Assembly (NCBI RefSeq): GCF_006345805.1
Contig: NC_043021.1
Location: 26,784,001-26,848,000, forward strand
Direction of reading: 5' to 3'
From: Octopus sinensis
Taxonomy: Eukaryota
DNA: 64,000 nucleotides
In this document: positions 41,370-54,700 of the stretch, one piece after another
How positions within the stretch are numbered: the first letter of the stretch is position 1
How the letters are laid out: each line of letters starts with the position of its first letter
Translations under genes and position numbers: made by a program
Notes under the pieces: model-generated
Databases searched by the model: none
Told to the model about the DNA's origin: nothing
What the model saw: the letters and a program-made list of their open reading frames with translations, nothing else

Positions 41370-42400
41370 CAACAACTACAACTATAACAAAAACAACCAT
41401 AACTGCTACAACAATGACAATCATCTACCACCACCACCACCACCATCACCATTACTTCTATCAACTATAAACAATTACTTAATAACCATCACCACCACCA
41501 CCACCACCGCCACAGCCACCATCATCACCACCACCATGACAACTACTGCTAGTACAACCATTGAAGCTATTACAACATTCATTCACAATCAACACCACTA
41601 CTACTACTACCATCATCACAACAACCTCAGTACCACTGCTATCAACCACCACCACCACAACCATTAGAACCACCATCAACTCCATGTGATCTACATCAAC
41701 GCCACCACCACCACTACCACATCTATTACCACAGCGTTAGTACCAACACCATCAGATTGACTTCAATGGTATCTCATCAAGTACCATCACCCCCCACCCC
41801 TGACTACTACAATATGATCCCATATGCCACCATCAACCACTTTTTACAACCGCCATCACCACATCTTCACTTTCCCACCTTCCGTACTCCCACCCCACAC
41901 AGTTTCATTACCAGCACCATTACAAACTGAACACCATCCCATCTGCTACCACTAGAACTGCCAGCACCATGACCACCACTACAATAGCAACACTAATACA
42001 ACTACCATCATCATCATCATCATCATCACAAATACAAATATCATCTCATCATTTACTACAATGATATCACCAACACCACCACCACCAACACCGCCACCAC
42101 CACCACCACAAACAAACAAACACAATGCCATTCAGTCTATTACAACTACCACTGCAACTACCAACAACGAACTATCTTCATGACTACAACAATACCATTC
42201 CATCAACCATCAGCAGCAGCAGCACCACCACCACCACCACCACTGTCACCACTGCCACACCACTACCATTACCACCATCACTACCACATGCAACAACCCA
42301 TCCTACCTCACCATCAACAGCCAACAACTCCACCATCCCCATTCCACCATCTTTCCCACATGTGTAAACTCACACCACCCACGACACCCACACCAAAAAA
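41370..42400. repeat. (CAC/CAA/CAT)n low-complexity tract
   Basis: Direct inspection; similar tracts at ~53600-54390 and 62030-63130. Confidence 0.85.
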
Positions 42401-42919
42401 AAATCAATACATTAGCCTACTAATGTAGCAACCAGCGGTAGGTTAATCTACCATTAATAACATTACAGTAGCAGCTCTCAGACCGTCTCAGATGCCAGTT
42501 CTATACAAGCTAAATGCATCGCATCAGAGTTCTGTCGCTCGTTGCTGCACCAAATGCATCCTGACAGCTGTTTTCAGTTTTCCTTACATTGTGTTTGTGT
42601 GTTTGTGATTGTTTGTTTTCACTGTGTGATAATAATAGACTTTGCACAGATTTACTTCATATTCGGTTTGTTTCCGCGTGTGTATGCACGCATGTGGATA
42701 TGTGCTCGCTTGTGTTTATGTGTGTGTGTTTGTGAGTATGTTTGTGTGTGTCCCTATGGATGTGTGCATTTGTGTGTGTATAACAATATCTCTCTGCAGT
42801 ATATACGTATGTATGTATACTACAGGTACACCTAAACACATGTATGTATGTGTGAGCATACATGTTCCAGTGTTAATTATACACATATACCCACGTATAT
42901 AAATGCATCCATATGTGTG

Positions 42920-42961
<42 letters not shown>

Positions 42962-43070
42962 ATATGTATATAGCAAATGAAAGACAGAAGGTGGAATATA
43001 TGAGAATTCATGACAATTGTTTCGACACGTCTAGCATTGACTGATTCCTCTTTGGTGAGACACTCAACAA

Positions 43071-43183
43071 TTAGTTCAGGAGCATCCAGTAGTGCAGATG
43101 TATCTTGTCCGGTGATAAATAAACACAACTCATTAAAATGACTGTTCCACAATGTAACTTTCCATTTTGTAGAGATGAAATAT
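43071..43183 (-). CDS. Weak candidate exon or decayed exon of the metallopeptidase
   Basis: Pyrimidine tract then aatgaag|; phase-1 frame DISSLQNGKLHCGTVILMSCVYLSPDKIHLHYWMLLN*; overlapping open frame LDAPELIVECLTKEESVNARRVETIVMNSH. Confidence 0.2.
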
Positions 43184-43859
43184 CTTCATTTATATAGAAG
43201 ATCAAAAATAAAATCACAGATGGCAAAAAGAGAAACAAACACGCAATCCAGTGAGAAAAGCATATATATATGCTACAGGCTTCTATCAGATTCCTTCTAC
43301 CAAAACCACTCATAAAGCATTGGTCCACTTAAAGCTAAAGTAGAAGACATTTTACCAAAATGTCATGTACTGAGACTGAACCCAACACCACAAGGTTGGC
43401 AAACAAGCCGTTTAAACACAGCACTGCATAATACATACATACCTGCATCCATACACACACAAACATATATTTTATATATATATACACACACACCCATCAC
43501 ATATATAAAATATACATTTTATATATACATTTACATATGAATTTAAATTTCAGAGTTGTCTACCTTGCCTTTAACAAGAATTATCATTAACAGCAATACT
43601 TTTCTTTCTTTTCATTACAGATGTAATGTTAATAAGTTAAAATTCCTTTTAATGGTGTTCAGAACCTATAAGTTAACTTAGCTCCTATTTTATTGTATAT
43701 CATTTATGCTCAAGATATCTCTGGGAAATTTTTCCTAAGTCATTATTTTAAATTGCTTTATGAATAAATCCTTTTCACTAAATATTTAAATTACATCTCT
43801 GGTGAGTTAACTTGGGCTACCTTGATGACAATATAACCTTCATTTAACAAAGGTATCTT

Positions 43860-43945
43860 CAGCCTGATGAACAGCTAGTGGAGTACTCCTCATTCAGCAA
43901 TTATTACTTCCGAGGTTCTGCTAGCTAGGAAACATCGGTAGCCTG
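43860..43945 (+). ncRNA. Degenerate hammerhead-like motif
   Basis: cagc-CTGATGA-ac-AGCTAG..CTAGCT-ag-GAAAC-atcg-GT-A-gcctg. Confidence 0.4.
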
Positions 43946-44189
43946 GATTTTACCTGTGCCATTCCCTCAATTTGGATTTTTATTCACATTCATAGCAACT
44001 CTACTTTCTAACTGTGAACTATAAAAACTTTCTATAAAAACTTATGAAACTTTGATATGGGAAAAATCTAGAACCTTCTACACCAATAAACTACTATTGT
44101 TCCTGAAAGATGTTTTTTATACCTGTTATGGACTGCTTGAAGCTTACTAGCTTCCTACACCTGGATCCTTGGAACTTACAATTACATAT

Positions 44190-44228
<39 letters not shown>

Positions 44229-44689
44229 GTGCTATACTCCTGGTGGCCAACTGTTACAGGGGAGACAAGCTCCCCTAAATTAAGTTAAGTTGAGGCTAAT
44301 TTTATTGTCTAGAATTTACATCAAAAAGTAAAGTATACAACTTTGATAATTTTATTCTACACATTATTTCTAGTTGTATGTTGGAGAGTGTGAGTTGTAC
44401 AATATTTTGAGGGGGTGGATCTAACTGAACTTAAACATAGCAAGAATTAAAGCTATATGCAGTAAAAAGAGATGCAGTCCCCAACATACACTCACATTCA
44501 ATTTTTGAACAATTAAAATTGAAGAGTCATCTCCCTTGTCTCTTGACATGAAGTATCACTAATGTGCATGTATGTGTATTGGCCATTGCTTGCCATGTTT
44601 TCGAATTATAAATCCACTGTACTGTCTTACAAATATTAATTGTAGAACTGTTTCTGTAATTTGGCAACTTTTGCATACAGTTGGTAGAC

Positions 44690-44698
44690 ACAGAGAAA

Positions 44699-44729
<31 letters not shown>

Positions 44730-45395
44730 GAGTAAGACAAAGGGATGAAGAAAAGAAGAGCAGAGAGAAGAGGGTGGGAGTGGGGAAAAGGTGAGGGGGG
44801 TAAGGAGAAGGAAGTGGTAAAAGAAAAGAGAGTGGTGAAAAGAAAGCTGGATACATGAGAGAGAGTGAGAGAGAGAGAGAGAGTGAGAGAGAGAGTGAGA
44901 GTGACGGACAAAAATAAAGTGAAACTGAGCAAAAGAAAGGAGGAAGACAAACAGACATACAGATAAAGAGATAAAAGGGAGAAAGAGAAAGGCAGATATA
45001 GAGTGAAAAGGAGTAAAAGGAAAGCGGGAGAGACAGAAAGGAAGGAAGGAAGAAAAAAGGAAGGAAGGAAGGAATGAAGAAAGGAAGAAAGAAAGAGATA
45101 GGTAAAGAAAAAGAGAGAAAGAAAGAGAGAGAAAGGAAAGACAGAGAGAAAGATAAAGAGAGAGAGAAAAAGAAAGAAAGGGAGAGAGGAGAAAAAGAGA
45201 AAGAAAGAGAGAGAAAGAAAAAGAAAGAAAAAAGAGAATGAGTAAGAATGAGAAATAGAGAGAGAGTGAGAGTGAGAAATTGAGAAAGAGAGAATAAGAG
45301 AAAGATACAGAGAGTAAGGGAAAGAGAGAGAAAGAGAGGGAGAGAGTAAAAGACAGAAAGAGAGAGAGAGAGTAAGAGAGGGAGAGAGAGACTGA
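44690..45395. repeat. (GA/GAAA)n purine-rich tract
   Basis: Direct inspection; produces the spurious 296-aa LS/LF ORF. Confidence 0.9.
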
Positions 45396-45490
45396 CTCTA
45401 AATCTGGTGCAGGGCAAGTGATGAATAATACTGGTTGAATAGTGAGTTTGGCACTTCAGGGGGTTTTAATGTTGAGAAGCAAATAGCTAC

Positions 45491-45815
45491 CTGTTCGAGT
45501 GTACTTTCTGGCAAGCACCTTACCATCTTGGGAGACAGTCACCTCCTTGACTGTCTCCTGCCTTTCGTCCTGAAGGATGGTCTTGTGCGTCTCTGTACCA
45601 TCGTAATTCTTCACACACATCGTCAATGAGGTCTGTGATGCGACGGGTCGAAAGTCAGTCTCCACCTTCAGCAGCAATGTTGGTGGCGATTGGTTGGCAG
45701 TACTTCTGCTGCTGTTGTTGCTTTTGTTATTGTTGTTGATGTTGGCGTTGTTGGTATTGGTGCTGTTGTGGCTGTTGTCATTGTTGTTGTTCACTGTTGA
45801 GACATGTGACACCAC
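45491..45815 (-). CDS. Coding exon (325 nt, phase 0 to 1) of a YIL108W-like zinc metallopeptidase, Asn-rich region
   Basis: Acceptor ttttgcttcatctttccttgcatag|GTG, donor ACAG|GTAGCT; open frame VVSHVSTVNNNNDN..LLLKVETDFRP..KNYDGTETHKTIL..SQDGKVLARKYTRT; in phase with the upstream exon. Confidence 0.85.
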
Positions 45816-46688
45816 CTATGCAAGGAAAGATGAAGCAAAAACAAAACCAAAAATTGCAAAATTTAAGTGGAAACAACAGCAGCAATAATAATAACAGTGA
45901 GAGAAGTGTGACCCTATCAGGGAGGCTCTACAAGGGCCATGGACAAGCTGTAACCCACAGGGCTTTCTAAATGGCACACCTAACACAAAATTAACTTTTT
46001 GGTGGAGCAACCCACCTGATGATAAGTCATATTTCACGTCGCCCAATACTTGGGAAAGTCTGTCCATGCCTACTCTCTATGTTTGCCTGACCAGCTGGAA
46101 ATAGCAGCCAACTCTTCCTCAAACATAGGAAAAAAGAACAACAGTTACAAGCAGAATGATCATAAGTCTGCTCAGTCAATGCAGGCTTGTCACAATGGTA
46201 AAGATGTTTCTTTTGCAGCCATGATGTCCAAAGTTCAGTCCCAAATGCACAGCATCATGAGCAAATGTTTTACCATTGCATCACTGTGTTGCTACTTAGC
46301 CCCAGATGAGTTTTGATCCAGTAAACCAATGATTAAGCGCCTTCCATTTGTGACCATTCCATCTAATTTTTTGTTTCAAGCAATTGTGTAAATGGATTTG
46401 GTAGATGGAAACTGAAAGAAGCCTGTTATATACATACATATGCGTAGGTGTGTGTGTGCATTCCTCACACCACTTGACAACCGGTGTTGGTGTGCTTAAC
46501 TTAGTGGTTTGACAAAAGAGACTGATAGAATAGGTACCAGGCTTAAATAAGTACTGGAGTTGATTCATTTGAATAAAGTTCTTCAAGATGGTGCCCCAGC
46601 ATGGCCACAGTCTAATGACTGAAACAAGTAAGAGATAAAAGATAAAAGATGATAGAATAATATAAAAACAGAAAAGAAAGGTTCTTAC

Positions 46689-46980
46689 CCTTTTAAAGGG
46701 ACTCCCATAACAGGCATCACGATAATGGCGAGCATGGCTTTCCAGTGGAGGCCCACCAATTTCTCCAAGGGGCAACAACCGTGGTGAACCTGTCTGGTTT
46801 GGTACCTTGTATTCGCGCTCTGAATTGTGAACTTGTGATCTTTGAACCGTGAAGACTCGATGTATGTCATCAAAGCCCCGTGCCATGACGCCAGTTTTAG
46901 TGTGGGCCAGATCAAATGTGTGGCCCAGCTCATGTAAAGATGAACCGAGGCCTGTAGAATAGTTGGCCCAGTAATATTCG
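46689..46980 (-). CDS. Coding exon (292 nt, phase 2 to 0) with HExxH zinc-binding motif; YIL108W-like / Pfam Metallopep-type metallopeptidase
   Basis: Acceptor tctacttccag|C, donor AGG|GTAAGA; EYYWANYSTGLGSSLHELGHTFDLAHTKTGVMARGFDDIHRVFTV..YGSPFKR; HExxHxxxxxH followed by a GVM Met-turn-like motif; family call is from motif recall, not a search. Confidence 0.88.
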
Positions 46981-47079
46981 CTGGAAGTAGATTATTATTA
47001 TTATTATTAGTTGGAATAATAGTAGTAGTTTAGAAGATGTCACACAATATCAATTGTTATATTATAATGTGAAGATATT

Positions 47080-47400
47080 GCATGCAACAGGAATTTGTCT
47101 TGTCTGTCACATCACAAGGATCTCAGGCAGTACTATACACACTATGCCTGCAGTTCCAAGTAAAGCTGATTTTTGAATTACAATTCTACAAGTGTCCAGT
47201 TATTACTTCAGGTTGGGTGGTATTGAACCCAGTGCTTTGAGGACAACAGGAACAACTGTTATGTTTGACTCTTGCTTAGATGTAGCAACAGCAAGAGTCA
47301 AACATAAAGGTGTACTGCAAAAATATGTTTTACTTGGAACTGTACACATTGCGTGAAGCGTGGTCTGTCTGAGGTCCTTGATGTGACTTGACAGACAGTA
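47080..47400 (-). mobile_element. R4/Dong 3' fragments next to (TAA)n
   Basis: VVPVVLKALGSIPPNLK and an LGTAGIV-like piece on the minus strand. Confidence 0.55.
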
Positions 47401-47845
47401 CATTATTATCATTGTTGCTGTTGTTATTATTAATTATTATTATTATTAAGACAGTGAGCTGGCAGAATGCTTAGCAGTATTTTTTCCGCCTTGATATTCT
47501 GAGTTCAAATTCCACTGAGGTCGACTTTGCCTTTCATCCTTTCAAGTTCAATAAAATAAGTACCAGTTAAGTGCTGGGGTTGATGTAATCGACTAACACC
47601 CTCTCCACAAAATTTCAGGCCTTGTGCCTGTAGTAGAAAGGATTATCATTATTATGGCGTTGAGCAGGTAGAATTGTTAGCATACCAGAGGAAATGTTTA
47701 GCAGCATTTCGCCCATCTTTAGATTCTGAGTTCAAATTCTGTTGAGGTTGACTTTGCTTTCCAAAATTTCATGGTCAATGAAATTGCTGCCCTTGTGCCA
47801 AAATTTGAAACCATTATCATTATTATTATTATTATTATTATTATT

Positions 47846-48370
47846 GAGTGAGAGAGCAGTGCATACCAACAAAGTGACTCTGGGGTACAAATATACAAAG
47901 CCCAGTATGCCCATCTGATAAGGGTACACAAGGCACATGCATCACAACCATATGTGTGTGACATGGTGATCTCATGTGAAGATAGACCTTGCAGGTGGGG
48001 CCTAGTTACAATTTTCTTCAGGTCGAGTAGCCCATCCTGCTCAAAAGGTCTCTGAATAAGGGTTTTTTGAGGATGTTGAAAGAAACACCCATGTTTCCAA
48101 AAGTAAATTATCCAAACCTCCAAAGAATTCCTCTCAACACATGGCTATGATGCTTCCCCACTACTTCTGCTTGTGATCAGTGATGCACATATCGTCAGCC
48201 ACTAAGGGACATGCTCAACTGGTTAAGGTCAAACAACTGACAAGAAAATCTGTCGTATTGAGAAGAATATTTGCTGTAGCCCATCATTTATACCAAGACC
48301 AAACATTGATAACACTTCTCATCAGTTAAGATCAGAAGCATTGACAGCCACTGCCTGGTACTGCATCAGG
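47846..48370 (+). mobile_element. Family D repeat, second copy, flanked by (ATT)n
   Basis: Homologous to 16987-17382(-). Confidence 0.75.
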
Positions 48371-49206
48371 ATATTTATTATTATTATTATTATTATTGTT
48401 ATCATTAAGGCAGCAAGCTGGCAGAATTCTTAGCACACAGGACATTTCGCCCGCCACTATGTTTTGAGTTCAAATTCCACTGAAGTCGACTTTGCCTTTC
48501 ATCTTTTCAGGGTCAATAAATTAAGTACAAGGGAAACTCTGAGGAGGATGTAACTGATTAGCTCCTTCCCTAAATTTCAGGCCTTGTGCCTATAGTAAAA
48601 AAGGATTATTATTATTACCATTATTGTTATTATTGTTGTTGTTGTTGTTAGTAGTAGTAGTAGTAATGGTGGTGGTAGTAGTCGTAGAAGTAGTAGTTGT
48701 AGCATTAGTACTACTTTAATAGTTGTAGTCGTAGTCATAGTTGTAGTAATGTTTAGATGTATGCACAAATGTGCAACATTTGGAATCAATGTCCTTAATA
48801 TCAGGTCACAACTAGTTTCCTTAGATATTGAGGACCTTCCAAACAACCCTTGCAATTCCCAATAAAACAGAGTTCTGCATTAATGCCATTTTCATTGTTA
48901 TTCTGATCTCGTTAAGGGAACTACCAAAATCTGTTGGTAATGGTACCTAGTGGCCCTATAACTTTTGAAACAACAGCAACAGAACCAAAACAACAACACT
49001 AGCTGTAAAACCAAAACAATTACTACAGAAGCAGCAATACCTAGAACAGCAACAAAAAGCAATTACAACAGCAGCAATAAGCATCCTCAAAGCAACAACA
49101 AACCCACTATCAAACACTTCCCAAAAGAAAACTTTCAACTGACTCCTTCACCTCTTCCTCCTCAGCAGAAACACAAACATGAATGCACACTTAATCAACG
49201 ACTCAC

Positions 49207-49252
49207 CTCCACACCTCTCTAAATCAGAGATCTTGCAGAGCAAGAGACCAAC
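49207..49252 (-). other. Candidate 46-nt exon
   Basis: Strong acceptor ctctttgtcactgatctctttag| and consensus donor GAG|GTGAGT; only open frame VGLLLCKISDLERCG. Confidence 0.3.
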
Positions 49253-51011
49253 CTAAAGAGATCAGTGACAAAGAGGGGGGGGGGAGAAAAACAGAAAACA
49301 GCTACAACATGTTCACTAGCTTTGTCTCAATCGCATAAATCATAACCACCATCAATCAAACTTCCCCACCAATCTTCCCCGTTCAGCATGTCTCCTAGGT
49401 AACAAAATGTCTCAACACCTTTCACCTTTGAATTATTTCCAAGATCCAACATTCCAACATTCTCTCCATATTCACCTCCCCCCATACACACCTTATCTTT
49501 TATCTTCTATCAGTTTCAGCCATTGGACTGTGGCCATGCTGGAGCACTGCCTTGAAGAACTTCTAGTCAGAAGAATTGACCCCAGCACTTATTCTTTTAC
49601 TTGTTTCAGTCATTTGACTGTGGCCATGCTGGAGCACCACCTTAAGGGGTTTTAGCTGAACAAATAGATCCCAGGACTTATTCTTTGTAAACCTAGTACT
49701 TATTCTATTGGTCTCTGCTACGGGGACATAAACACACCAACATCGATAGCCAAGCAATGATGGGAGAGACAAACACAAATATATATATATATTTACATAT
49801 TTACACACACACACACACACACACATGACAAGCTTCTTTCAGTTTCCCTCTATTATCAAATCCACTCATAAGGCTTTGGCCAGTTGAGGCTATAGTAGAA
49901 GACACTTGCCCAAGCCCCACAATGGGACTGAACCTAGAACCATGTAGTTGGGAAGCAAATTTCTTACCACACAGCTACATCAGAACCTATTTTATATATT
50001 TAAAAAAAATCTGGTCCTTATTCTATCAGTCTCTTTTTGCTGAACCACTAAGTTACAGGGACATATACAAACCAACACCAGTTATCAAGTGGTGGTGGTG
50101 GAGGACAAATGCAGACACACACATGACAGGCTTTGTTTAGTTTCTGTCTAAAAACTCCACTCACAGCTCAAGGCTGTAGTAGAAGACACTTGCCCAAGGT
50201 GCCACACAGTGGGACTGAACCCGGAACCATGTGGCTGGGAAGCAAGCCTCTTACTACGCAGCCTATACATGTAAATGTGGTTGTTATATCAATTGATATT
50301 GTCTTCTACCACTACCTGTTTCAGTGAAGTCGCCCAGAGCATGTACATATAAAAGACTTCACTTTTCGACAGCCTTCTTGCACACTGTACACAGTCACTT
50401 CCTTTCTACTTCCCACCTAATCTTGGGTTTTAATTTTGCCTTTGTCTTGCTCATATTTACTGCTTCCGTAAGACCGTGAGCTGGCAGAATCGTTAGCATA
50501 CCAGGAATAATGCTTAGCAGTCTTTTGTCCATCCTGATGTGCTGACTTGGCCTTTCAACCTTTTGGGGTCAATAAAATAAGTACCAATTGAACACTGCAG
50601 TTGATGTACTCAATTTGCCCCCTCTTCCAAAATTGCTGGCTTTGTGCCAAAATTTGAAATCAGTATTTACTGTCTTCTTCAATCCAACCATATACACTCT
50701 CTGCTACTAACATGATACTTTATGTGTGTGTGTATGTGTATACATGAATGCATGCATACATACATACATACCTACATATATACATATATATAGTAGAAAG
50801 GATTATTATTATTATTCTTATTAAGGTAGTGAGCAGGAAGAATTGTTAGCACACCAGCTGAAATTCTTAGTGGCATTTTGTCCGTCTTTACATTCTGCGT
50901 TCATATATACACACACACTTATATATATGTGTAAGATGGAATCTCCTATTGAAAATGATGCATGAGTGTTTAGCTTTTGCTGAACGAACTACAAAAATGA
51001 TTTGTTTATAG

Positions 51012-51522
51012 CAGGGTTTGCTAAACTTTTTCGACCATCGGCCCCCTTTGCCCACTTCTCCTTCCGCATCAACCACCCTCTTCATTTAAAATATCTTAAT
51101 AACTTACCTTACAGTACCATATCTTAAATGCATACCAGGTACTGATGCTGGCAATTAAAATGTTAGCTAAAATATACATGTATGACAAATTAAGAAATTG
51201 TATTGGAGATGACACTCTTTTTACTTTTAAAACTATGTGGTCGAGTATACCGTATTAAACTTTCAATTTTTATGAAATTGTTTTCACGGTTAGAAAATGT
51301 GAAAAATGCATTGTATTGCTGGAATATCTTTTATTGAAATTGGCAACATGAATGTGAGGGATGAGCATGGTGCTGACCAAGTATTTCAAGCAGTTCGTCT
51401 GGGTGAGCTGGTCTTTCGCACTCTAACCCTCATTCGACCCCTTGGCTATCATCTACCCCCTGTAATCTCTCGCCAACCCCAGGAGGAGGAGGGGGGGCTC
51501 GGACCCCTTTTGGTGACCCCTG
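51012..51522. mobile_element. hAT non-autonomous element, 511 bp, 8-bp TSD
   Basis: Termini CAGGGTTTGCTAAA / TTTGGTGACCCCTG; identical TSD GTTTATAG at 51004-51011 and 51523-51530. Confidence 0.88.
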
Positions 51523-51738
51523 GTTTATAGTGATCAAATTTGCTGTACGTTAGCTCACTCCCTTCAAATCAACATTGCCTGTACAGATACACAAATGTGT
51601 CACTCATCAGATGTGGAAATCATTGCAGAGCAATGTGAAATGAGGTGCCTGGTCCAGCAATTGAACTATGATCTAGTAATCAGGACTGTAATACCTTAAC
51701 TACTAGGCCATATATATGTGTGTGTGTGTGTGCCTATA

Positions 51739-51796
<58 letters not shown>

Positions 51797-54700
51797 TTAT
51801 ATGTGAGTATGTGTATCTACATCCACATATATATACATACATATATACATACACATGTATGTACACATGTATATGTATATACTCACACATACATATACAT
51901 ATAGATACATACATACACAGAGACACAGATGCACACACTCATTTACATACATGCACACATACACATATATTTGAATATGTCTGTTGTTTATATTTCATAA
52001 TCAACCCAAACCATGCTGCCATTGACTAGCCCACACAAACACCAACAAATCCATTCTTCTGCATATTACTCACAGTAATAGCACATACAATGATTAGTAG
52101 ATTGGCAGAAGTGGTAGAGCAACACACAAAATGCCTTGTGTTAAATCAACCACGGCTCTCTTTATGTGTCTGATTTCAAATCATACAATGACAATTCTAA
52201 CTTTCATCTTTTTCCTTTCCAATTGATGGTAGTTAAGCCTTATACTATGGAAATTAGATATATCTCCTCAAAATTTCATTACTTTAAACTGCAAAAAACA
52301 GTTTTATACATCAATTTATCTTTTGTAGAAGAATGTCAATGTTTGAAACGGGTTTCTTTTGAGATATATCAAGTGTATTGAAGCAAGGTGACTTGTAGAA
52401 AATAGCAATTCTATTTATTCATTTCAAATGTTGGCACAAGGCCAGCAATTTCAGGGTGCAGTCAATTACAGCGACCCCCATTGCTCAGCTGGTACCTATT
52501 TTATCAACCGCAAAAGGATGAAAAAGACAGTCACTTGACAGAATTTGAATCCAGAAAGTAAACACAGATCAAATGTTGCTAAGCATTTCACCCTGCATGC
52601 TAATGATTCTGCCAGCTCACCACCTTCATTCATTTTATTTATTGGTAGATATTTAGTATCATTACTGGAGTAACAATGAAGTTTAATTTCACAGTGAAAG
52701 GGATAAGATTCATTAATTACAATATGAAGAGAATAAGGAACGTCATCAATATTATAATCTATTTCATTGGTGTAAACATCACCATTGTTGCTATCATTGG
52801 TTAACCCTTTTATGGTGGAAATTCCATTTCCCTTAGCTGTGGAAATTCTATTACTCTTAACTGCAGCAGACAGTTTTAACTACCAATCTATTTTTTGTTG
52901 TGGAAGGTCATATTTGAATCTGTTTTTTCTTTGAGATATGTCAAGTTTATTGAGACAGAAGATATTGATCCTATTTTTTTTTTTTGATAGATATTTAATA
53001 TAATTACAGGAATAACCATGAAATTTAATTTTGCAGTTAAAGTGTTAATAAAGAAAGTACCAGTGAAATACTGATGTTGATTTTAATTGATGGTACCCCT
53101 CTCTCCATCCTTCGATTTGTGTCTCTCTTAGAAATCAATATTAGAACACACAAAGATGGTGAGCTGATTGGATTGTTAACATGCCGGGCAAAATGCTTAG
53201 TGGCATTTCATGTCTTTATGTTCTGAGTTCAAATTCCATCGAGGTTGACTTTACCTTTCAACCATTCAAGGTTGATTAAATAAGTACCAGTTGAAAGTTA
53301 GGGTTGAAGTAATTGACTTCCCCACTCACCTGAAATTACTGGTCTTGTGCCAAAATTTGAAACCAATATTAGAACACAAAAGCAGCATGCTGGAAGAAAT
53401 GTTGGCAAATCAGACCAAAAATACTAAGCGAAATTTCTTACAGCTTTGTTATGTTCAGGATTCAAATCCTACCGTGGCTATCTTTCATTCTTGTAGGTTT
53501 GATAAAATAATGTACCAGTCAAGTACTGGGGTCAATGTAATCGACATTCTCCCTCTCTTCAAAACTGCTGATTTGGATGCCAAAATATGAAGCACTACAA
53601 CAAACACATTGCACACATAACACCACTACACACACACATAACACACAAATACAGCAAGAACAATACTATCAACAACAATAACTACACAAACGACAACAAC
53701 AACATCAGTAGCAAATGAACAATAAAAGCAGCGATGGCGATGGGGATAGAAGTTAAAATAAAGTAAAATATTTTTTCTGTTTTTCTTCACCTCAGATAAG
53801 TGAATGGTGGTGGTGGTGGTGGTGGTAGTGATTACGGATATGATGATGATAATGATGATGATGATGACGGGAGGTGATGAGAAGTACAAAAAAAAAACAG
53901 AACCTACGAAGAATGTTTGGAAGCTGATGTAACATGGCAAACAGCAAATTATGCAACTTTTTTTGTGATGAGGTGGTGGAGACGGTGGTGGAGAGTAACA
54001 ATCCTGATCTCCCTCCCCTCCTCAACTCCACCAATCACCAGGCAACAACCCCCTCCTCTGCACCCATTCTAGCACTACACACTCCTCCCACTACCACTAC
54101 CACCAACTAATGCATGCCCTACCCCCACACCTCCTTCACTATCTCCCCTCACTACCACAAATAACAACACCACCACCACCACCGCCAACAACACCTTAGC
54201 TACAAACGCTACCACAACCACTGTTGGTATCATTACTGTCACCACCACCACCACCACCACCACCGCCGCCATCTCAACCCCCACCACTAACACTATTGCC
54301 ACCATCACCAGTATCAGCATCACCACCAGTACCACTGCAATAACTAACATCATAAACACCACCACCATCACCATCACCACCCACAATCTGCATGTGATAC
54401 CCAGAAGAGCTGGCAGGTAGTGGTGCTAGGGAGTCTTTCAATGTTACTCATTCACCAAGTTCATTCTTTAATCAAACACACACACACACACGCACGCACA
54501 CACATACACACACACTTATTTATATATACTCATATATACCCACACTCCTATCTCTCCAGACAAATAGATTTATAATAACACACACACACACATGCACACA
54601 CACACACAGAGGCACACACACACACACAATCACACATTCTTTGTACATGCATTCACACATTCCTTGCATATACATTCCTAACATACACACATGTCTGTCA

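Noticed and set aside
44527-45417. 296-aa Leu/Ser/Phe-rich ORF
   Set aside because: Reverse translation of a (GA)n/(GAAA)n tract.
45816-46103. 83-aa minus ORF and a ~67-codon plus-strand open frame in GC-richer DNA
   Set aside because: Lies inside the well-defined 45816-46688 intron; no convincing splice pair or recognisable motif.
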